64,000 nucleotides of DNA. It comes from Thermoplasmatota archaeon (GTDB lineage: Archaea; Thermoplasmatota; Thermoplasmata; UBA10834). The stretch spans positions 128,001 to 192,000 of the forward strand of contig JBFMHR010000002.1 in NCBI GenBank assembly GCA_040751795.1, given 5' to 3'. Position 1 is the first letter of the stretch. Each line of letters begins with the position of its first letter. Of this stretch, positions 49,373 to 62,522 are shown piece by piece. The notes beneath the pieces are model-generated. The model did no database searches, had not been told where the DNA came from, and saw only the letters and a program-made list of their open reading frames with translations. Both the position numbers and the translations under genes were made by a program.

Positions 49373-50371
49373 ATGGGCCAGCTCAGGGCGGAGATACTCA
49401 AGGTCGCGAAGGAGGCCAAGGGGCAGCTCGGCCTCTACGTGAAGCACGTCGAGACCGGGAGGGAGCTCGCCATCGAGGCGGACAAGATCTTCCCCCTCGC
49501 CAGCGTCTTCAAGCTGGGGGTGATGGTGGAGACCTTCCGGCAGGTGGCGGAGGGCTCGATATCCCTGGACGAGAGGATAGAGCTCGAGCCGAAGCACTAC
49601 TGCATCGGGGAGGGCGTGCTGCAGTACCTCTCCCCGGGGCTGAAGCCGACCGTCTCGGACCTCCTCGCCCTGATGATCATATCCACGGACAACACGGCGT
49701 CGGAGATGCTCTGGAAGCGGATAGGGCTCCAGAGGGTCAACATGATGATGAGGGAGATCGGCCTCGCCAAGACCTCCATATACATACCCTACAGGGAGAG
49801 CTTCCTGATGTCCATGGGGTACGGCCCGTTCAAGGCGCTGACCATCCCTGAGGCGGCCCGGAAGTGGAAGGGGATGTCCGACATCGAGAGGATGAAGGCG
49901 CTGAACGAGACGGAGCGGGACTCGGCCGGCCTCTCCGTCGAGGAGTTCAGGCGGAAGTACGAGCGCATCTACGGCCTCAAGGCCGAGAAGAAGTTCAAGA
50001 CCCAGAGGGTCTACGACGAGGTCTTCGACAACCTAGGGACGCCCAGGGAGATAGGCATGCTCCTGGAGAAGATACTCAAGAACGAGGTCGTGTCCCCTCA
50101 GGCGTGCAAGGAGATGCTCAGGCTGCTGATGATGCAGAAGGACGAGACCGCCTCGTCCTACCTGCTGGCGCCGGACATCCCGGTCGCGCTCAAGTCCGGC
50201 ACGACGGCCGCCTCCCTCACCAACGCCGCGATCATATTCATGTCCTCGACATCGCACGTGGTGCTCTGCACCTTCTTCAAGAAGATCGAGGAGAGCCACT
50301 TCGAGAAGGCGCTGGAGGCCGAGGCCAAGATCGCCCGGCTGGTGTACGACCACTTCTCGAGGATACGCTGA
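49373..50371 (+). CDS. Class A beta-lactamase-like serine hydrolase (start uncertain)
   Basis: FPLASVFK (SxxK), MIISTDN (SDN-like), KSG triad motifs. Confidence 0.85.
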   Translation: MGQLRAEILKVAKEAKGQLGLYVKHVETGRELAIEADKIFPLASVFKLGVMVETFRQVAEGSISLDERIELEPKHYCIGEGVLQYLSPGLKPTVSDLLALMIISTDNTASEMLWKRIGLQRVNMMMREIGLAKTSIYIPYRESFLMSMGYGPFKALTIPEAARKWKGMSDIERMKALNETERDSAGLSVEEFRRKYERIYGLKAEKKFKTQRVYDEVFDNLGTPREIGMLLEKILKNEVVSPQACKEMLRLLMMQKDETASSYLLAPDIPVALKSGTTAASLTNAAIIFMSSTSHVVLCTFFKKIEESHFEKALEAEAKIARLVYDHFSRIR

Positions 50372-50377
50372 CCCAGC

Positions 50378-50974
50378 CTACCTGCCGGGCCTGCGCGCCC
50401 AGACGGTCTCCTTGTCCCTGAGCTCCGCCGCGAGGCCTCCTCTCCGCCCCATCTCCCTGCTGGAGACGCACAGGGGAGCTATGGTCACGTTGGTCCTCTG
50501 CCGCACCGCCTCCGCGGCCTCCGCCGCGGCGGCCTTGGCCTGCTCCTCTGGGACGGAGTCGTCGTAGACGACGGCCACGTCGACCTCCTCCCCGGGCCTG
50601 TGGTCGCCCCTCCCGACCGTGCCGAAGAGCCTGCACTCCGAGACCCACTCGTGCCGGGAGAGCGCCTCCGCGAACCCCCTGGCGGCCGCCCTCTGCGGGT
50701 CGGTGTCGGGGATGGTCCTGAGCGTCCTCAGCTTCCCAGGGTCGTCGGTCATCCAGACCGCCACCGCGTTCCCCACCTTGCGCGTCTGGAGCAGTCCGGC
50801 CTTCTTGAGGTCCCTCACCGCCCTCCAGGTCGTCATCACGGGGACCTGCGACGCCCTCGCGAGCTCGTTGATGGTGAACTGCCGGTCGTGGTAGGCCCTG
50901 AGGGTGCGGAGCACCTCAATCCTCCCGGCCCTGGCCAGCGTACTTATGAGTTCCCTCGAGAGCATGTCAATCAT
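50378..50974 (-). CDS. wHTH fused to minimal nucleotidyltransferase (MNT) domain
   Basis: FTINELAR...TTWRAVRDL...GLL HTH; LFGTVGRG...EVDVAVV Pol-beta-like motif. Confidence 0.82.
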   Translation of the reverse strand: MIDMLSRELISTLARAGRIEVLRTLRAYHDRQFTINELARASQVPVMTTWRAVRDLKKAGLLQTRKVGNAVAVWMTDDPGKLRTLRTIPDTDPQRAAARGFAEALSRHEWVSECRLFGTVGRGDHRPGEEVDVAVVYDDSVPEEQAKAAAAEAAEAVRQRTNVTIAPLCVSSREMGRRGGLAAELRDKETVWARRPGR

Positions 50975-51012
50975 ACCACTGTTGGTATGGATATACCTTC
51001 ATTGGTATAAAA
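50972..51012 (-). promoter_or_regulatory. Tandem inverted-repeat operators overlapping TATA and start of wHTH-MNT gene
   Basis: CATACCA-N4-TGGTATG and TATACC-N6-GGTATA, centres 20 bp apart. Confidence 0.7.
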
Positions 51013-51074
51013 TGGCGACGCATAAGCACAGCCAGTCGATGCTAGGGATGTCGCATAAGTCGTGTCGGGAGGCG

Positions 51075-52031
51075 TCAGTCGACTATCGGCTCGAGGACGG
51101 CGACCTCCCTCTCGGTGGCGTCGACCGCGACCTTGGCGTTCAGGGGCAGCATGCCGTTGAACTTGCCGTGGCCCGCGCAGAGGCCCCATATGGCGGGCCT
51201 GCCCGCCCCTCCGACCCTCTCCCTCACGATCTCCTCCACGCTGGGGTACGGGTTGTCGGGCTTGAGGGTCTCGGAGATCTCCCCCATGATGACCGCCCTG
51301 GCCTGCTCCAGCTTCCTGCACAACCTCAGCTGGGTCAGGTGGAACTCGATGTAGTAGTAGGACTCCCTGACCTCCTCTATGAGGAGGACCTTGTCCTTGG
51401 TGTCGATCTCGTACCTGCTGCCGAGGGTCCCGGTCATGAGGGTGAGGTTCCCGCCGCAGAGCCTCCCGGCCGCCTTCCCGTCGTTTATGGTCATGAGCAT
51501 CATGCCGCCGGGAGGGTTGGAGACCTCGTGCAGCTCATCCTGGCCCATGAGCAGCCTGATGGCCCTCTTCAGGTCCTCGGTCTGCGTCTTGATGAACTCC
51601 TCGCCCTTGGACGGGTCGATGTCCACCAGGGGGCCGTGGAACGTGACCATCCCGCACAGCTGGTTCAGGGCGATGTGGTAGCCCGTGATGTCGCTGAAGC
51701 CCATGAAGGGCTTGGGGTGGTCCTTGATCATGTCGAAGTCCAGGAGGTCAAGTATCCTCATGGAGCCGTAGCCGCCCGTCGCGCACAGCACCCCGTCGAC
51801 GGTGTCGTCCTCGAAGGCCCAGTTGAAGTCGTCGGCCCTGGCCCTGTCCTCCGCCGCCAGCGTGCCGACGGTCATCAGCTTCCGGGTCGTGTCCCCGAGC
51901 TCGACCTTCAGCCCCGCCTTCTTCAGGACCTCCAGTCCCATCTTGATCCCGACGTGGTCGGGGTTGCTGGACGGCGATATCACCGCTACCTTCGAGCCCT
52001 TCCTCAGCCTCGGCGGCCTCTGGACCTTCAT
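51075..52031 (-). CDS. S66 family peptidase (LD-carboxypeptidase/MccF-like)
   Basis: VAVISPSS, GGYGS.R, GFSDIT (Ser), FHGP, GGNL, EEV.E (Glu), GH (His). Confidence 0.92.
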   Translation of the reverse strand: MKVQRPPRLRKGSKVAVISPSSNPDHVGIKMGLEVLKKAGLKVELGDTTRKLMTVGTLAAEDRARADDFNWAFEDDTVDGVLCATGGYGSMRILDLLDFDMIKDHPKPFMGFSDITGYHIALNQLCGMVTFHGPLVDIDPSKGEEFIKTQTEDLKRAIRLLMGQDELHEVSNPPGGMMLMTINDGKAAGRLCGGNLTLMTGTLGSRYEIDTKDKVLLIEEVRESYYYIEFHLTQLRLCRKLEQARAVIMGEISETLKPDNPYPSVEEIVRERVGGAGRPAIWGLCAGHGKFNGMLPLNAKVAVDATEREVAVLEPIVD

Positions 52032-52145
52032 GCTTGAGTCCCCCTGACGCCCGAACGGCGAACCGGCATAAAAGCCCGTCGCGCCCCCCCCTCCAAACCT
52101 ATATTCATCCGGTGGGGGATTTGGAGGCGGCCACGGGAGGAGCCG

Positions 52146-55870
<3,725 letters not shown>

Positions 55871-55971
55871 GCCCGGATTCTTACACCCTCTGATAGCCAT
55901 GGAACGTCATTCAAATAGCCGCCCGTGACAAGTTAGTATGTGCAGAGGTTGCACCAAGGAGTGCGAACGAG

Positions 55972-56910
55972 ATGCACAGGCAGAACGGACGGGAGACCAC
56001 GGGGCCGCGCGCCGCGGGCGGGGGCCCGAAGGACGGCAAGCAGTCCAGCGGAGGCCGGAGGCGCCTCCAGAGGATCGTGCGCGACCCCGGCGTCCAGATC
56101 CGCGATGTCTCCTCTGCGCCATCCCGTCCCGCTCCCCCGAGGCAGGCCGCCCAGGAGAGGCCTGCGCAGCTGGCACCCGAGCTGGTGAACCCCGCCGCCG
56201 CATCCCGGGATGAGGGCGTCCGATTCCAGTGCACGGAGTGCGACATGATGGTGAGGGAGTCCGACCCGTACTGCCCGTTCTGCGGGGTCATCTTCGCCGA
56301 CGGCCCCATGTCTCAGCGTGAGGAGCCCGCCGAGGCGGGCGAGGAGCCCGAGCCACCGAGGCCTCCCAGGCCGCAGGAGCGGGAGGAGACGGTCAGGCCG
56401 GGCAAGTTCGACGTGTTCGGCATGATGAACTCGCGGGGGAAGGCCCGCGACCTCCTCTACCAGGAGGCGATGAAGGGCTTCGCAGGCTCGGCCCGGCTGC
56501 TCGAGGAGATCGAGCACCAGATATCGGACGTGAGCGCCCTCGGCAACGACACAACGAGGCCCCGCAGGCTCATGAGCAGCGCTTGGGAGGCGTGCAGGGA
56601 CGGGGACTGGAACCTGGTGTCCGCCCTAGCGAGGCAGACCGAGGACTCGATGGCCCCGAGCATCCCGGCCCTCGTCAGGTCCGAGCTCTCCAAGGCCAGG
56701 GAGTGCCTGATGGAGGCGAAGCTCGCGGGACGCGACACATCCGACTACCTCCTCCGCATGAAGGCCGCGATGCACTGCCTCAAGGCGGGCGACGACGACG
56801 AGGCCCTCAGGCTCACCAAGGAGCTGATGGACCTCCTCAGGGAGGACTCTGTCTCGTGGCGCGAGGGCAGGCCGCCAGCGCCCAGGGACCCGCTCCGTTC
56901 TGGCACCTGA
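55972..56910 (+). CDS. Hypothetical protein with zinc ribbon and helical C-terminal domain (start uncertain)
   Basis: FQCTECD...CPFCGVIF flanked by low-complexity linkers. Confidence 0.7.
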   Translation: MHRQNGRETTGPRAAGGGPKDGKQSSGGRRRLQRIVRDPGVQIRDVSSAPSRPAPPRQAAQERPAQLAPELVNPAAASRDEGVRFQCTECDMMVRESDPYCPFCGVIFADGPMSQREEPAEAGEEPEPPRPPRPQEREETVRPGKFDVFGMMNSRGKARDLLYQEAMKGFAGSARLLEEIEHQISDVSALGNDTTRPRRLMSSAWEACRDGDWNLVSALARQTEDSMAPSIPALVRSELSKARECLMEAKLAGRDTSDYLLRMKAAMHCLKAGDDDEALRLTKELMDLLREDSVSWREGRPPAPRDPLRSGT

Positions 56911-56957
56911 GCGCCGTGGCAAAGGATTCTTATCGTCGGAGGTTCGTAGAGTCAGCG

Positions 56958-57689
56958 ATGTCCTCGGACCTCACGGCCATGGATGTATCCGGGTGGGACA
57001 TCCTGAAGAAGGCCCTCAACCAGCGGGTCGTCGTCGTGCGCTCCTCGCTCGTCCCGAGCAACAGGAACCGGGTGTGGTTCGTGGAGACGGACGTCAGGCC
57101 GGTGGTGGTGAAGAGGTCCCTGTCCGGGCTGTCCCCGGTGGAGTTCGAGACCATGCTGCTGGCCAAGAAGGCCGGCCTGTCGGTGCCATACCCCCTCTAC
57201 ATGGACAGGAGCTACCTCGTCACGGAGTACATCTCGGGCGACCCGTGCGACGCGCTGATAAACGCGATGTTCAGCTCGCGCGCGGCCGAGGGCATAGGTA
57301 GGTGGCTGGGGGCGTTCCACGAGTCGATGGAGAGCTTCGGCAGGCCCCTGGCCATGTCCGACGCCGTCATGGACAACTTCGTGATGCACGACGGTGACGT
57401 GTACGGCGTAGACCTCGAGGACGCGAAGCCGGGGGAGCCGATGGACGACCTCGGCCAGATGGCCTCGTCGATCCTCGGCAACGAGCCGTTCTTCACCCCG
57501 ATCAAGTTCGACCTGTGCTTCAGCATGATAGAGTCCTACGAGCAGAGGACGGGGATGGAGGCCCGGGAGAGCGTGCGCCCGTTCGTGGTGAAGCACCTGC
57601 GCCGGTCGGTCAGGGCGAGGCCGCTGTACAGGAGGCCTTTCGAACAGGTCGCCAGGGTGCTCGAGAAGAGCTGGCCGGACCTCGCGTGA
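56958..57689 (+). CDS. Protein-kinase-like superfamily enzyme (APH/RIO/Kdo kinase-like)
   Basis: VVVK, LVTEYISG, L..FH, SD...DN catalytic loop, VDLE, DDLG. Confidence 0.72.
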   Translation: MSSDLTAMDVSGWDILKKALNQRVVVVRSSLVPSNRNRVWFVETDVRPVVVKRSLSGLSPVEFETMLLAKKAGLSVPYPLYMDRSYLVTEYISGDPCDALINAMFSSRAAEGIGRWLGAFHESMESFGRPLAMSDAVMDNFVMHDGDVYGVDLEDAKPGEPMDDLGQMASSILGNEPFFTPIKFDLCFSMIESYEQRTGMEARESVRPFVVKHLRRSVRARPLYRRPFEQVARVLEKSWPDLA

Positions 57690-59942
57690 TCAATCCTTCT
57701 TCTCCCCGGACGGGGCGGATGAGGCCGCATCTCCGGGGGCGCCCTCCTCGGGCTTCCTCTTGCTGCGTGCGCGTATCTCCTCGAGCCTCTTGGTGATGTC
57801 CGAGAGCGAGTCGACCTGCTCCTTCTGGACCTGCCTGCGCCTCTCGATGTGCTCGCGCATCTTGTCTATCTTCGTCTTCTCGAGGGCGAGCTTGTCCATC
57901 TCCTTCGCCATGTTCTCGCGGCGTCTGTCCATCTCGGCCATCTTCTCATCGAACGCGGTCTCGCGGGCGGCCAGGTCGCTCTCCGTCTTGGCGAGCGCCT
58001 CCGCCTTAGCGCGCAGCTCCTGGTCGCGCGCCTCCGCCTCGGCCTGCTTCGCCGCCGCGTGCTTCCTCTCGGCGTCCAGGCGTGCCATCTCCTCGTCTAG
58101 CTTGGCCCTCGTCGCCGCGACCTCCCCGTGCAGGGCCCTGTCGCGCTCCGAGAGGACCTTCAGCCTCTCCTCCAGCTCCGCCTTGGCCGCGTCGTTGGCC
58201 GCCTTCGCCTTCTCGACGCGCTCCTCCTTCGCGGAGATGTTCCTCTCCCTCTCGTCGAAGGTGGCGCCCTGCTCGGCCAGCGCGGCGCTCCTCTTGTCCA
58301 GGCCCTTCTGGGCCGCCTCGAGGTCCGCCTTCTGCCGGGAGAGGCCCCTCGCCTGCTCCTCCAGCCTCGCCCCGAGCTCGGTGAGCTCCCCCTCCCTCGC
58401 CTTGAGGGCCTGCTCCTTCGAGGCGGCGGAGGCCTCTCGCTCCATCACCGTCTGGACCGCCAGCGCCTGGTTGGCCATCGTCTCCTTCAGCGAGACCTCG
58501 CGCTTCTGCGCCTCCTTCTCCCGCCTGTCAAGGTCCCTCAGCAGCGCCTCGACCTTGTGCTCGGAGTCGTCGACGGCCTGCTCGCGGCCTGCCAGCGCCC
58601 TCTCGCGCCCGTCGGCCGCGGAGGTCCTCCTCTGGAGGTCGTCGTTGTCGCGCCCGATCTTCGCTATGAGCGCGGAGAGCTCCGCCTGCTGGGCCTCTGC
58701 GTTGGCGTTGACCTCGGCCCGCCTGCGCTCCAGCTCCTCGGCCTCGGAGCCGAGCGCCCTCTCGCGCTCGTCGAGGCCTTTGATCGTGAGAGTCATCGAG
58801 TTCGCCCTGTCCTCGAGGTCCCTGCTCTGCCTCTCCAGCTCCCCCAGGGCGGCCTGCATCTCCTCCTGCCTCTTCTTCAGGTCGGACTCGACCGCGGCGA
58901 CGGCCGTCTCGCGGTCCTTGAGCTCCCTGGCGATCGTGTCCAGCTCGGACCTCGTGGCCTCCCTCTCAGTCTCGAAGGCGCCCCTGTCCGCGTCGAGCGT
59001 GGTCAGAGCATCGTCCAGGGCCTTCCTCTTGGCCTCGAGCTGGGCCTGGGCCTCGTTCAGGTCGTTCTCCCAGGACCCCATGTCCGCCCTGTCGGCGTCG
59101 AGCTGCCTCCTGTCCGCCTCGAAGGTCGCCAGCTTGGCCCTGGTCTCCTCGACCTCCCTCTCCCAGGCGGCCCTGTCCCCGCGGTACCTCTCGACCTCCG
59201 CCCTGTGCTTCTCCTCGCCCATGGAGAGCTCCTTCCTCTGCCGGGCGAGCTTGGCGTAGCCGGCCTCGTACTCGGCGACCGACCTCGCGAGCCCCTCCTG
59301 GAGGTTCCTCACGAGGGTGCGCTTCGCGTCGGTGGCCGCCTCGAAGGCCTGCTTGTTCCTGTTGAGGCTCTGCTCCCTCTCGAGCAGCAGCGTCACCCTC
59401 TCGTTGATCTGGTTGTGCCTGTCGGAGACCTCCGCCTCGAACTCCTCGAGCTCCTTCTGCCAGGCCTCGGTGTCCTGCCTCAGCCTGTCGAGCTCGTTCC
59501 TCAGGTTCTCGAGCTCGGCGGCCTCCTGGGCGCAAGAGGCCCTCTCGGCCTCCATCTCCTTGACCGCCAGCTGGGCCTTCTCCTGCTCCTCCTTGGCGCT
59601 CTCCGCGGCCCCCTTCGCCGAGGCGGTCTTCGCCTCCAGGGCGGACTCGAAGCTCGCCTCGACGGAGGAGATCATGTCCTTGACGAAGGCGACGTCCTCG
59701 TCCTCGACGACGTCCTTCCCTACGAGCACCATGTGCATCCTCTTGCCGCGCACGACGGTGCCGACCATCTTGTCGACCTCGAAGGCGCCGAGGAGCCCGA
59801 TGTCGCCCTTCCCCGCCACGGCGCGCTTGACCTCGTCGTAGCCCACGTCCCCCTTCGGGTTGAAGACGAACTCCTTCAGGAGGCGGCCGTCGGGTTCTAC
59901 CAGGAAGCCTTTGAACACCTTCTTGCCGAACATCTGCACCAA
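57690..59942 (-). CDS. Long coiled-coil protein with small N-terminal alpha/beta domain
   Basis: About 100-aa globular start, then more than 600 aa of E/A/R/L/K-rich helix nearly free of Pro. Confidence 0.8.
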   Translation of the reverse strand: MVQMFGKKVFKGFLVEPDGRLLKEFVFNPKGDVGYDEVKRAVAGKGDIGLLGAFEVDKMVGTVVRGKRMHMVLVGKDVVEDEDVAFVKDMISSVEASFESALEAKTASAKGAAESAKEEQEKAQLAVKEMEAERASCAQEAAELENLRNELDRLRQDTEAWQKELEEFEAEVSDRHNQINERVTLLLEREQSLNRNKQAFEAATDAKRTLVRNLQEGLARSVAEYEAGYAKLARQRKELSMGEEKHRAEVERYRGDRAAWEREVEETRAKLATFEADRRQLDADRADMGSWENDLNEAQAQLEAKRKALDDALTTLDADRGAFETEREATRSELDTIARELKDRETAVAAVESDLKKRQEEMQAALGELERQSRDLEDRANSMTLTIKGLDERERALGSEAEELERRRAEVNANAEAQQAELSALIAKIGRDNDDLQRRTSAADGRERALAGREQAVDDSEHKVEALLRDLDRREKEAQKREVSLKETMANQALAVQTVMEREASAASKEQALKAREGELTELGARLEEQARGLSRQKADLEAAQKGLDKRSAALAEQGATFDERERNISAKEERVEKAKAANDAAKAELEERLKVLSERDRALHGEVAATRAKLDEEMARLDAERKHAAAKQAEAEARDQELRAKAEALAKTESDLAARETAFDEKMAEMDRRRENMAKEMDKLALEKTKIDKMREHIERRRQVQKEQVDSLSDITKRLEEIRARSKRKPEEGAPGDAASSAPSGEKKD

Positions 59943-60077
59943 ATCCTACCGGGGGGGCTTCGTGATACGGTGACGGCCTGCGCGGGGCGGGGCCGTGCCT
60001 CCCAGGCGCGCGCATGCCAGGACTGTTGCGGTTGTTATCGGATAGCCTGATGATAACCTTTTCTCTGGAGGTCGTGG

Positions 60078-62522
60078 CTATAGCTCGAACCTGCGCAGGA
60101 GCGAGGCGTTGGTCACCACCGATACCGAGCTGAAGGCCATCGCCCCCGCGGCGATCATGGGGCTCAGGAGCCAATCGGTGAAGGGGTACAGGACCCCCGC
60201 CGCTATCGGTATCGAGGCGGTGTTGTAGAACAGTGCCCAGAACAGGTTCTCCCTGATCTTCCTGAACGTCCTGCGGCTCAGCCTAATGGCGGATGGGACG
60301 CCCTTGAGGTCGCCGCCGACCAGGACGATGTTCCCGGACTCGAGGGCTATGTCCGTGCCGCTCCCGAGGGCGATGCCTATGTCTGCCTGGGCCAGGGCGG
60401 GCGCGTCGTTTATCCCGTCGCCGACCATGGCCACGACCTCACCCTCCTCCTGGAACGCCTTGACCGCCCCCGCCTTGTCGGCCGGGAGCACCTGGGCGCG
60501 GAACTCGGGGATGCCCGCCTGGGCGGATATCGCCCTCGCGGTCCTCTCGTTGTCCCCGGTCATCATGACCACCTTGAGCCCCATCGCGAGGAGGTCGGAG
60601 ACCGCCTCCCTTGCGCCTGGCTTCAGCGTGTCGGCCACACCTATGAGGCCTGCCGCCTTGCCGTCCGCGACGCAGGCCATGACCGTCATGCCCTGGTCCT
60701 GCAGGGCGTCCATCTCCGCCCCGAGGGGACCGAGGTCCGCCCCGAGCCTGTCGACCATCCTCCGGTTGCCCACGGAGACGTCCCTGCCGGACACGCGCGA
60801 AGTGACCCCCTCGCCGGGGAACACGGTCGACGACTCCGGGGCCTCGAGCCGCAGGCCCGCGGCCTCGGCCGCAGCCAGCACCGCCCTGGAGAGGACGTGC
60901 TCGGAGCCCTTCTCCGCGCTCCCCGCGAGGGAGAGCAGCTCGCGCTCGCTCTCGGCCGAGCCGAGTCGCATGGCGACCACCCTCGGCTCCCCCTCGGTGA
61001 GAGTCCCGGTCTTGTCGAGGATGACCGTGGTGAGGCCCCTGGCCCTCTCGAGGGCCGCCGCGTCCTTGATGAGTATCCCCAGCTGCGCCCCGCGGCCGGT
61101 CCCGACCACGATGGCGGTGGGGGTGGCGAGCCCGAGGGCGCACGGGCACGCTATCACCAGGACCGCGACGAAGGCGGTGAGGGAGAACGTCAGGGCGTCG
61201 CCGACGTCCCAGATGCCGGAGCCGACGAAGTACCAGAAGAGGAAGGTCGCGACGCTGACCGCGAGGACGGCGGGCACGAAGTACCCGGCGACCGTGTCGG
61301 CGAACCTCTCGATCGGGGCCTTGGTGCTCTGTGCCTCCTCGACGAGCCTCACGATCTGGGCCAGGGTGGTGTTCCTGCCCACCCTGGTCGCCCTCACCGT
61401 GAGCAGCCCCGAGATGTTGACCGTGCCGCCGGTGACCTGCGCCCCCGGGCCCTTCTCCTGCGGGATCGACTCCCCGGTGACGAGAGACTCGTCGACGGTG
61501 GACGCGCCTCCCACAACCTCACCGTCCACGGGGAGCCGCTCACCAGGCCTGACGATGACGGTGTCTCCCTCGGCCAGCTCCTCGGCCGGGACCACGGTCT
61601 CGATCCCATCCCTGACGCGCGCGGCCGTCGGCGGCTGGAGGTCCATCAGCCTCAGGATGGCCTCGGAGGTGGCCCCGCGGGACCTCAGCTCGAGGTACTT
61701 GCCCGCGAGCACGAGGGTGATTATGACGGCGGAGGTGTCGAAGTAGACGTCGTGCGAGCCCATGTGGCCCGGGGTCAGGGTGACTGCCAGGCTGTAGAGG
61801 AAGGCCGCGGAGGTGCCTATCACCACCAGCGTGTCCATGTTCGCCCTCCTGTTCCTCAGGGCGCGGTACGTCCCTCTGTAGTACCTCAGCCCCGCGTAGA
61901 ACTGGACAGGGAGCGTCAGCATCAGCAGCAGGTAGTTCCTCGCCTCCTCGGAGAGGACGCCCTCCGGCCAAAGCATGTGGGTCATTGAGATGACCGCCAC
62001 GGGCACGGCGAACACGAGGGCGACCGCGAGGTCCCGGAGCCCCTCGTCCAGCTCCTTCTGCCTCGCGATCTTCTCGGCCAGGACGCCCTCGACCTCGAGC
62101 ACGGTGTACCCGGACCTCTCGACGGCGGCCCTCAGCTGCCCCGGGGTCGCGAGGGAGGAGTCGTACTCGACGGACGCCCGGCCCAGGGCGAAGTTCACGT
62201 TCGCATCGACGACGCCCGGCACCTTCATGAGCGCGTCATGCACGGTGGTGGAGCATGTGGCGCAGTGCATCCCGCCCACGGTCATGGTGAGCTCGTCCTT
62301 AGCCACGTCGTACCCCGCGGACCTGACCGCGGCCTCGATGTCCTCCATGGAGGCGCGCTTGGGGTCGTAGCTCATGACGGCCTTCTCGGTCGCGAGGTTC
62401 ACCCTGGGGTCGAAGACCCCGTCGACCCCGCTGAGCGATTGGCGAACGGCGTCGGCGCACGTCGCGCAGTGCATGCCCTTGATCCTGACGGCCGCCTCCC
62501 GCCTGCCCTTCTGCCTCTCCAA
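60078..62522 (-). CDS. copA: Cu(I)-translocating P1B-type ATPase
   Basis: Two GMHCATC HMA domains, TGES, CPC, DKTGT, GDGINDAP, YN, MAFSS. Confidence 0.95.
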   Translation of the reverse strand: MERQKGRREAAVRIKGMHCATCADAVRQSLSGVDGVFDPRVNLATEKAVMSYDPKRASMEDIEAAVRSAGYDVAKDELTMTVGGMHCATCSTTVHDALMKVPGVVDANVNFALGRASVEYDSSLATPGQLRAAVERSGYTVLEVEGVLAEKIARQKELDEGLRDLAVALVFAVPVAVISMTHMLWPEGVLSEEARNYLLLMLTLPVQFYAGLRYYRGTYRALRNRRANMDTLVVIGTSAAFLYSLAVTLTPGHMGSHDVYFDTSAVIITLVLAGKYLELRSRGATSEAILRLMDLQPPTAARVRDGIETVVPAEELAEGDTVIVRPGERLPVDGEVVGGASTVDESLVTGESIPQEKGPGAQVTGGTVNISGLLTVRATRVGRNTTLAQIVRLVEEAQSTKAPIERFADTVAGYFVPAVLAVSVATFLFWYFVGSGIWDVGDALTFSLTAFVAVLVIACPCALGLATPTAIVVGTGRGAQLGILIKDAAALERARGLTTVILDKTGTLTEGEPRVVAMRLGSAESERELLSLAGSAEKGSEHVLSRAVLAAAEAAGLRLEAPESSTVFPGEGVTSRVSGRDVSVGNRRMVDRLGADLGPLGAEMDALQDQGMTVMACVADGKAAGLIGVADTLKPGAREAVSDLLAMGLKVVMMTGDNERTARAISAQAGIPEFRAQVLPADKAGAVKAFQEEGEVVAMVGDGINDAPALAQADIGIALGSGTDIALESGNIVLVGGDLKGVPSAIRLSRRTFRKIRENLFWALFYNTASIPIAAGVLYPFTDWLLSPMIAAGAMAFSSVSVVTNASLLRRFEL

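Noticed and set aside
48940-49419. N-terminal extension of the HAD ORF and small ORF 49056-49238
   Set aside because: Low-complexity translations, and promoter-like boxes lie within the extension
57690-59942. SMC/Rad50 assignment
   Set aside because: No Walker A/B, signature, hinge or zinc-hook motif
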